Assembly: GCF_000020225.1 (NCBI RefSeq)
Contig: NC_010655.1
Span: 2,310,001 to 2,342,000 of the forward strand
Direction of reading: 5' to 3'
DNA length: 32,000 nucleotides
Origin: Akkermansia muciniphila ATCC BAA-835
Lineage (GTDB): Bacteria > Verrucomicrobiota > Verrucomicrobiia > Verrucomicrobiales > Akkermansiaceae
A model generated the notes under the pieces. It was given only the letters and a program-made list of their open reading frames with translations, made no database searches and was not told the DNA's origin. Shown here piece after piece: positions 26,696-32,000 of this stretch. Positions within the stretch are counted from its first letter, which is position 1, and every line of letters begins with the position of its first letter. A program made the position numbers and the translations under genes.

Positions 26696-27652
26696 TCATT
26701 TTCCCCCGCTCATCAGGACGAGGGAACGGGGGAAATAGCGTTTGAGGAATACGTAAACGCTCCGCGCCATCATGTAAACCGCGGGAACCAGGCACCACCA
26801 CGCCCAGGCAGGCCATGGGGAGGGAAAACAGCTCTCTACGCCCATCAGGGCTATCAGAACAAAAATATGGGAACAATACACGAAAAAGCTGCCGGACGCC
26901 CACCGGGCCAGCTTTTCCGACCAGCCGGGGCTGACGGCCTTTACAATAATTCCGAAGCTGAGGAAGGCCAGAACAATCAATCCGGGAAAAGAGTCGTCCG
27001 CAATCAGGAAAGAGTCCGTACAGCTTACCCAGACAAGACCCACGGAGGCTAAAAGAATGGAACCATGCACGGCAAGGGGCATGTTGCCCCAGCGGTTCAG
27101 ACAGCCCGGTGCGGCGGACGCCAGCATAACGCCGAGCGCAAAATCCCCAAACATGTACGGACTGGGCCATGCCAGGGAGTCGTCCCACCGGTGCAGAAAC
27201 AGGCAAAACAGGCCAAAGGCGTAAAGAGCTGGACGGAAACGGGAGAGCAAAAACGCAGCCAGGGTAAACATCATCAAGTCTCTCAGGAACCACATCGGGG
27301 TCAGCATGGGACATGTTCCCAGCCCAAACACGGAAGCCAGAGAACCAGGGGCAAGAGGCATGCCCGCCGCCAGCCAATAGGCCGCGCACCAGAAAAGATA
27401 AGGCCGCAGCAAAACCAGCAGGCGGCGCCCCGCCCACGTTCCGGCCCCCTGTTCATCAAGGCCGGAGGCGGAAAAATACCCCGCCAGCAGGAAAAACGTC
27501 GCCAGCGCCGGACCAATCAGCCATTGGTTGGGAGGAAACCCCATGGAAGGGACGTGCTGCATGATAACCACCAGCGTCGCCAGCAGCCGTGCAATCTCCA
27601 CCCAGGGCAAACGAGGGTGAATTTCTTTACCGGACGCGGAGGAGACGGTCAT
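26696..27652 (-). CDS. Membrane acyltransferase family 3 protein
   Basis: 318-aa polytopic membrane protein. The N-terminal RLPWVEIARLLATLVVIMQH is typical of Acyl_transf_3 (conserved His in TM1). Confidence 0.75.
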   Translation of the reverse strand: MTVSSASGKEIHPRLPWVEIARLLATLVVIMQHVPSMGFPPNQWLIGPALATFFLLAGYFSASGLDEQGAGTWAGRRLLVLLRPYLFWCAAYWLAAGMPLAPGSLASVFGLGTCPMLTPMWFLRDLMMFTLAAFLLSRFRPALYAFGLFCLFLHRWDDSLAWPSPYMFGDFALGVMLASAAPGCLNRWGNMPLAVHGSILLASVGLVWVSCTDSFLIADDSFPGLIVLAFLSFGIIVKAVSPGWSEKLARWASGSFFVYCSHIFVLIALMGVESCFPSPWPAWAWWCLVPAVYMMARSVYVFLKRYFPRSLVLMSGGK

Positions 27653-28012
27653 GACAGCCCCATTCTGGATGATTGTTTTGAAAAAGCACTATTTTTTATT
27701 GATTTTATAGACGAAAAGCGGCCTTATCAACCTTCACAGGCATCGTATTATGGAAAATACCTGAAAATGATTTTTTTCTCATATTTTCATTTATGGCTTT
27801 ATATTTCCATATGGGAAATAACACGCATTCCGAGCGCAAGGCTGCATCAATACACACTCCCGCACTGGATATTCCCGGATTTTGCCGAAACAGCTGCTGC
27901 CATATTGCAGGTGCTCCCGGATGGTTCTCCCATTGCAATTCCGTATTTTCCATTCATCAATGCCGTATGTCGCGAACGCCTCCCCTTCCCTGCCCGATGA
28001 TTCGTAAAATCA

Positions 28013-29821
28013 TCAGCGGCTCCTTTGGGGAATCAGGGCTGAAGCCGCCGCAAGGACCTGAAGGCCCACAAAAAGGAAAAACCAGAACCAGCCGCCTTCC
28101 ACAAAACCGTAAGAGTGCAGGCCAATCCCCATGAGGTTGACACCGAACCACCCCCAGGCTGCCACGATATTTCCGAGCGAGGCAAGAACGAGGAAGCCTT
28201 GACAGGAACAGACGTGTAAAAGTCGGGCATGGAGGGAGCAGGAGCACCAAAGGAGTGTCATTAACGCACCGTTTTCTTTAGGGTCCCACCCCCAGAACCG
28301 TCCCCAGCTCATGTCGGCCCAGATGCCGCCGAGCATTGTCCCCAGAAAACAGAAGAAGAGCGCCACGAGAAGGATGCGATAGACTCCGCAGGCCCCGGCT
28401 TTCAGCCCCTTTTCACCCTGTCCGAAGAAACGGGCCACCAGATGATATGAGGCTAAAAACCCGGCAAAAAAAACACTTCCGTAGCCTATCATGATGGTCA
28501 TTACGTGCATGGTGAGCCAGAAATTCGAATTGAGAACGGCACGCATCATGCCCATGGTATCGCCGCTGTAGGGCAAATTCATGGCTACCAAGAGTGATAG
28601 AAGGCCGGAAGCGCAGGCGATCGCGGCAACAGGAAGCTGACGGCGGAGGATATAAAGCGTCCCGCCGAATAATGAGGCTACCGCGCCCGCAAAGACGACC
28701 GAGGAATACAAATTGGTTACCGGGGGGCGCGATTGAATGTACATGCGGGCCGCAATGCCGAATAAATGCCATAATACCGCCATACACAGGAAGACCGTCG
28801 CAAAATGCAGCAATGTCTTCCGCCGCTTGAGAAACAGAGAGACCACGAAACAAACCAACGACATGTCGTAGAGAAGGAAGCCTCCCAAGAAGGGTTCGAT
28901 AGCATTGACGCAATGCTCGAAATGCAGTTTGAAAGAATCCATGGGCAGTATTGACTCCAATTCCCCAGAAAGTTGACGCAGAGTCTCTGCCGCAGTAGAT
29001 TCATCTCCGGCAGCATAGGCATCGCAGGCTGCGGCATAGGCTTTCAGGGCGGTCCACCCGGCGGGACTGAGATTTTTTTCGAGCAGAGCGGCAGCCGGGG
29101 TCAGGTAGCTTCCCTCATGAGGGATTACTCGCAGGGCCACATTCGGATCCGCTTCTTCTACCTGCACAAGAGCCTGGAGGAATTGAAAATAGCGATTGGC
29201 ACGGTAAAGCCGGTCAAGCGAGGGATGGCGTTTTTCACGTTCAGCGGCTTCAAGCTCTGCTGAGGCTTCGGCCATAGCTTCATGCCATGCATCAAGCGTC
29301 CCCAAACAGCCCGATGTCCCCTCCAGGCGGAGAGCGAGCGCAACGCCGGCCTGCTCATAAACGGCGAGTGCGCCCAGTACGGCTTCCGCGGCATGGGCCT
29401 GAGGAGAATTTCCCCGCAGAGAGCCGCGCAGCAGGCCAGCCTTCTCAACTGCATCGGCATAGGAAAAATAACGGCCTCGTCCGCCAAGGAATTCGACCAT
29501 ATCCCTGTTATCCGAACGCAGAAAAGGTTCGCCGGCCATTTTTGCCGGGCTGGCGTTTAATGCCAGCAACCACTTCACCGGCCCGGTCCGAGAGCCTCCA
29601 AGATTCACCGACGTGCGGCCGCTTGCCAATTTAAGGGAATCCGCCGCTGCGCTTGAAACCGGCATCACTCGTCCAGCCTTCAGGCATGGCAGCGCGCCGG
29701 GTGAGGGCGCCCCTATGCCGTCAAATGAGGAAAAAGAACTACCAATCCTCTGAAACAGAGGCGATAACGCAATCGCAAGAGCAACGAAAAACGCCGTAAA
29801 TAAAGTAATTTTACACTGCAT
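28013..29821 (-). CDS. ccsA: Cytochrome c biogenesis protein CcsA/ResC (System II heme handling), long form with an N-terminal extracytoplasmic domain of about 300 aa
   Basis: The WWD motif is WGRFWGWDPKENGALMTLLW, flanked by conserved His residues. ATG 29821 (MQCKITLF...) is preferred over the track GTG at 29836. Confidence 0.85.
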   Translation of the reverse strand: MQCKITLFTAFFVALAIALSPLFQRIGSSFSSFDGIGAPSPGALPCLKAGRVMPVSSAAADSLKLASGRTSVNLGGSRTGPVKWLLALNASPAKMAGEPFLRSDNRDMVEFLGGRGRYFSYADAVEKAGLLRGSLRGNSPQAHAAEAVLGALAVYEQAGVALALRLEGTSGCLGTLDAWHEAMAEASAELEAAEREKRHPSLDRLYRANRYFQFLQALVQVEEADPNVALRVIPHEGSYLTPAAALLEKNLSPAGWTALKAYAAACDAYAAGDESTAAETLRQLSGELESILPMDSFKLHFEHCVNAIEPFLGGFLLYDMSLVCFVVSLFLKRRKTLLHFATVFLCMAVLWHLFGIAARMYIQSRPPVTNLYSSVVFAGAVASLFGGTLYILRRQLPVAAIACASGLLSLLVAMNLPYSGDTMGMMRAVLNSNFWLTMHVMTIMIGYGSVFFAGFLASYHLVARFFGQGEKGLKAGACGVYRILLVALFFCFLGTMLGGIWADMSWGRFWGWDPKENGALMTLLWCSCSLHARLLHVCSCQGFLVLASLGNIVAAWGWFGVNLMGIGLHSYGFVEGGWFWFFLFVGLQVLAAASALIPQRSR

Positions 29822-30545
29822 GTTTTTTTCGGGCACGCAGGGTTGGGAGAAAAATCAGCAGCATGCCCGCAAATACGCCGGGCACCGATATCCACGGAAA
29901 AAAGCGCACCGGATTGTGTACGGCTGTGATTACACTCGTGCGGCCCCCATTGGCGTAACTGCTCTGGTAAAAAATCCAGCCGCCAAAGGAGACCGGAGCA
30001 TTCATGCGAATAACCGTTTCCGTGCTTTCCCCGCCGCGCATAAAGCAAACCTCGCTTGAAAAGCTGCTGGGGATATCGCTTCCCGTCCATGTCCGGGCAT
30101 CAAATTTTTTCAGCTTTACTGAAAAACCAAGGGGGATATTTTTTCTTCCATTCCCTTCGCCTGCCAGTATTTCGTGTGAGACCTCACCTGCATCCAGAAC
30201 GAGTATTCCCTCCGTACGCAGAAAATACTGCAACGCCCCCGCCAAAATCAGTACTACCAGAAAGGCATGCGTGAGGATCAAGCCCACGCCGCGCAGTGTG
30301 AAGCGCGCACGCCGGAAAACAGACGCCGAAATATTCAGTACGGCTAATGCCCCTACGCCGGCGCCGCCGATCAGAGAAATCATCCCGAAGGAAAGGCAGC
30401 CCCAGCTTTCAAAATACCTGGCCTGTACAGCGGAAACACCGACAGACCGCGCCTCAAGAGTGCCGAGAAAAATGAGCAGCACGGCGTAAGCCATCAGCAC
30501 GCACGCGAGACGGGGAGATGCCATCCACTGCAAAATTTTCTTCAT
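29811..30545 (-). CDS. ResB/CcsB-like cytochrome c biogenesis protein, compact form (244 aa)
   Basis: N-terminal TM with LASPRLA-type opening (MASPRLACVLM), His in LILTHAFLVV, LKKFD and IRMNAPVSFGGWIFYQSSY resemble ResB landmarks. ATG at 30545. Confidence 0.72.
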   Translation of the reverse strand: MKKILQWMASPRLACVLMAYAVLLIFLGTLEARSVGVSAVQARYFESWGCLSFGMISLIGGAGVGALAVLNISASVFRRARFTLRGVGLILTHAFLVVLILAGALQYFLRTEGILVLDAGEVSHEILAGEGNGRKNIPLGFSVKLKKFDARTWTGSDIPSSFSSEVCFMRGGESTETVIRMNAPVSFGGWIFYQSSYANGGRTSVITAVHNPVRFFPWISVPGVFAGMLLIFLPTLRARKKHAV

Positions 30546-30650
30546 CAGCAGATACTGAATGAAAAAGGGCCGCACGCCTCTGCCGCTCCAGCCGGGAAAC
30601 GGAAGCATAGGGTCGTGCGGCCTGCTTCGTGATGAATAAAGACGGAATAA

Positions 30651-31574
30651 TTATTTTTTGTCCGTAAAGGCAGCTTCCACTTCAGAGATCATCTTGTTCA
30701 GAGAAATGATGCCGCCGCCGGAAAGATACCATACCTGCGGGTCAAGCAGGATGATGGCGCCGTTTTTAGCCGCCTTCGTTTTATTCACAAGCACATTGTT
30801 GAGGACATTCGGATTTTTGGCCGAGCGGCCGATAGCTACCGAACGGTCCACCGCAAAGATGATATCGGGATTGAGCATGGCAATGTATTCATAAGTCACC
30901 TGCTGCCCATGAACCCCCACCTTGATGTTTTTATCAGCCTGGGCCACTCCCAGGGCATCGTGTACCAACCCAAAGCGGGAACCCGAACCGTAAGCGCTTA
31001 CCTTGCCGTCGTTCGTAAGGAGAACGAGAGCTTTCTTGCCGCTGGCCTGGGCCTTGTCCTTCGTACGGGTTACGGCTTCATCAATGTTTTTGACGGCTTC
31101 GGCTGCCTTTTCGGGCACGCCGAACACATCACCCAGAAGCCTGATGTTTTTCTTGGCTTCCCCCAGCTGATCCTTGGCCAGAGTATCGACCAGGTAAACG
31201 GGGGCGATGGAGGAAAGTTTTTGATAATAATCCTGCTGACGTCCTGAAATAATAATCAAGTCCGGCTTGAACGCATTGATGGTTTCAATATTGAATTCCT
31301 TAACCGTTCCAAGATCCGTATATTGTTCTCCGGAGAATTTGGAGAGGTAAGGAGGAAGGAATTTTTTGGGTAAAGCCAGCGCGGGAGTGACGCCCAGTTC
31401 ACCGATGGTCTCAAGCGAACCGTAGTCCAGCACGGCGACACGTTTCGGATTGACCGGAAGCTCGACCGTGCCCAGCGTGTGCGTGGCGGTGATTGTTTTG
31501 GCTTCATCTGCGGCGGCCATGGAAAGACCGGGAAGAATCAATGCGGCCAGAAATGCGGTGATTGTTGTTCTCAT
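30651..31574 (-). CDS. ABC transporter periplasmic substrate-binding protein, iron-siderophore/heme type (Peripla_BP_2, CeuE/YclQ-like)
   Basis: Signal peptide present. PKRVAVLDYGSLETIGELG and KPDLIIISGRQ are typical of class III binding proteins. Confidence 0.85.
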   Translation of the reverse strand: MRTTITAFLAALILPGLSMAAADEAKTITATHTLGTVELPVNPKRVAVLDYGSLETIGELGVTPALALPKKFLPPYLSKFSGEQYTDLGTVKEFNIETINAFKPDLIIISGRQQDYYQKLSSIAPVYLVDTLAKDQLGEAKKNIRLLGDVFGVPEKAAEAVKNIDEAVTRTKDKAQASGKKALVLLTNDGKVSAYGSGSRFGLVHDALGVAQADKNIKVGVHGQQVTYEYIAMLNPDIIFAVDRSVAIGRSAKNPNVLNNVLVNKTKAAKNGAIILLDPQVWYLSGGGIISLNKMISEVEAAFTDKK

Positions 31575-31616
31575 ATTATTTGTTGTTGTTTGTTGTTTTG
31601 GGAATTTAAGGAAATT

Positions 31617-32000
31617 CTATTCATAGTATACGCATATCTTTTTATCACCATAGGGTTCTATGGCGATATCCATACCGTAAATATCGCGCAGCACATCTGT
31701 CCGGATGATATCTTCCGTCGGCCCTTGATGGCACAGGATTCCGTCCCTGAATGCCACCACGTAATCCGCATAGAAAGAGACAAAGTTAATATCATGAATT
31801 ACGATGCAGATCGTCTTGCCCTGCTCCCGCACCAGGGAACGCAGCAGTTTCATTATGCGCGCCGCACGATGCATATCAAGGTTGTTCAAAGGTTCATCGA
31901 GAAAGATGTACTTCGTGTCCTGTGCAATGGCCATGGCAATATAGGCCATCTGCCGCTGGCCGCCCGAAAGTTCATCAAGGTAGCAATGGCGCAAATCGGA
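31617..32000 (-). CDS. ABC transporter ATP-binding protein, iron-siderophore type (partial; the N-terminus lies beyond the window end)
   Basis: ABC signature LSGGQRQ, Walker B IFLDEP and H-loop IVIHDIN. The stop TAG is at 31617-31619. Confidence 0.88.
   Translation of the reverse strand, partial: SDLRHCYLDELSGGQRQMAYIAMAIAQDTKYIFLDEPLNNLDMHRAARIMKLLRSLVREQGKTICIVIHDINFVSFYADYVVAFRDGILCHQGPTEDIIRTDVLRDIYGMDIAIEPYGDKKICVYYE

Noticed and set aside
27705-27953. There is an 82-aa minus-strand ORF in the 360-nt gap between ccsA and the acyltransferase gene.
   Set aside because: It has no signal peptide, motif or SD, and its composition switches from GC-rich to very AT-rich midway. The AT-rich part is more simply the promoter region of the acyltransferase gene. 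A small protein cannot be excluded without expression or conservation data.
1-32000. I searched for CRISPR arrays, tRNA/rRNA genes, transposases, integrases other than XerD, reverse transcriptases and phage structural genes.
   Set aside because: None was recognised in any intergenic gap or ORF translation. The only repeats found are the tandem paralogues and the hsdS conserved-region repeats.

Overview
This is a 32-kb bacterial chromosomal window. Most of it is housekeeping genes at roughly 53-60% G+C, judged from spot counts of single 60-nt lines rather than a full computation. These genes include an LpxC-FabZ fusion, Lnt, a PfkB kinase, CrcB, a ferredoxin, a GH20 beta-hexosaminidase, a ResB/CcsA cytochrome c biogenesis pair and an iron/siderophore-type ABC importer. 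The gene content and the near absence of Shine-Dalgarno sequences fit a Gram-negative glycan-degrading Verrucomicrobiota (Akkermansia-like) organism; this is inference, not verified. Two accessory blocks interrupt the core. (1) 879-7836: an orphan Dam/D12-class N6-adenine methyltransferase sits 3 nt upstream of xerD. About 100 nt past xerD lies a 28-nt sequence with clear dif (Xer recombination site) architecture. Immediately after it comes an AT-rich block (spot counts 30-43% G+C) with a secreted protein of unknown function and two tandem mosaic paralogues, followed by a fourth unknown secreted protein. (2) 9826-16675: a complete type I restriction-modification operon (hsdM-hsdS-hsdR, minus strand). 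Its HsdM is unusually long (853 aa, about 370 aa past the canonical core), and it is bounded on one side by a 700-bp ORF-poor gap. The observation I rate highest is the xerD-dif-like site-low-GC island arrangement, which may be a Xer-exploiting integrated element or a xer/dif module at the replication terminus. I found no CRISPR array, tRNA, rRNA, transposase or phage genes. All family calls rest on motif recognition by eye, with no database search.
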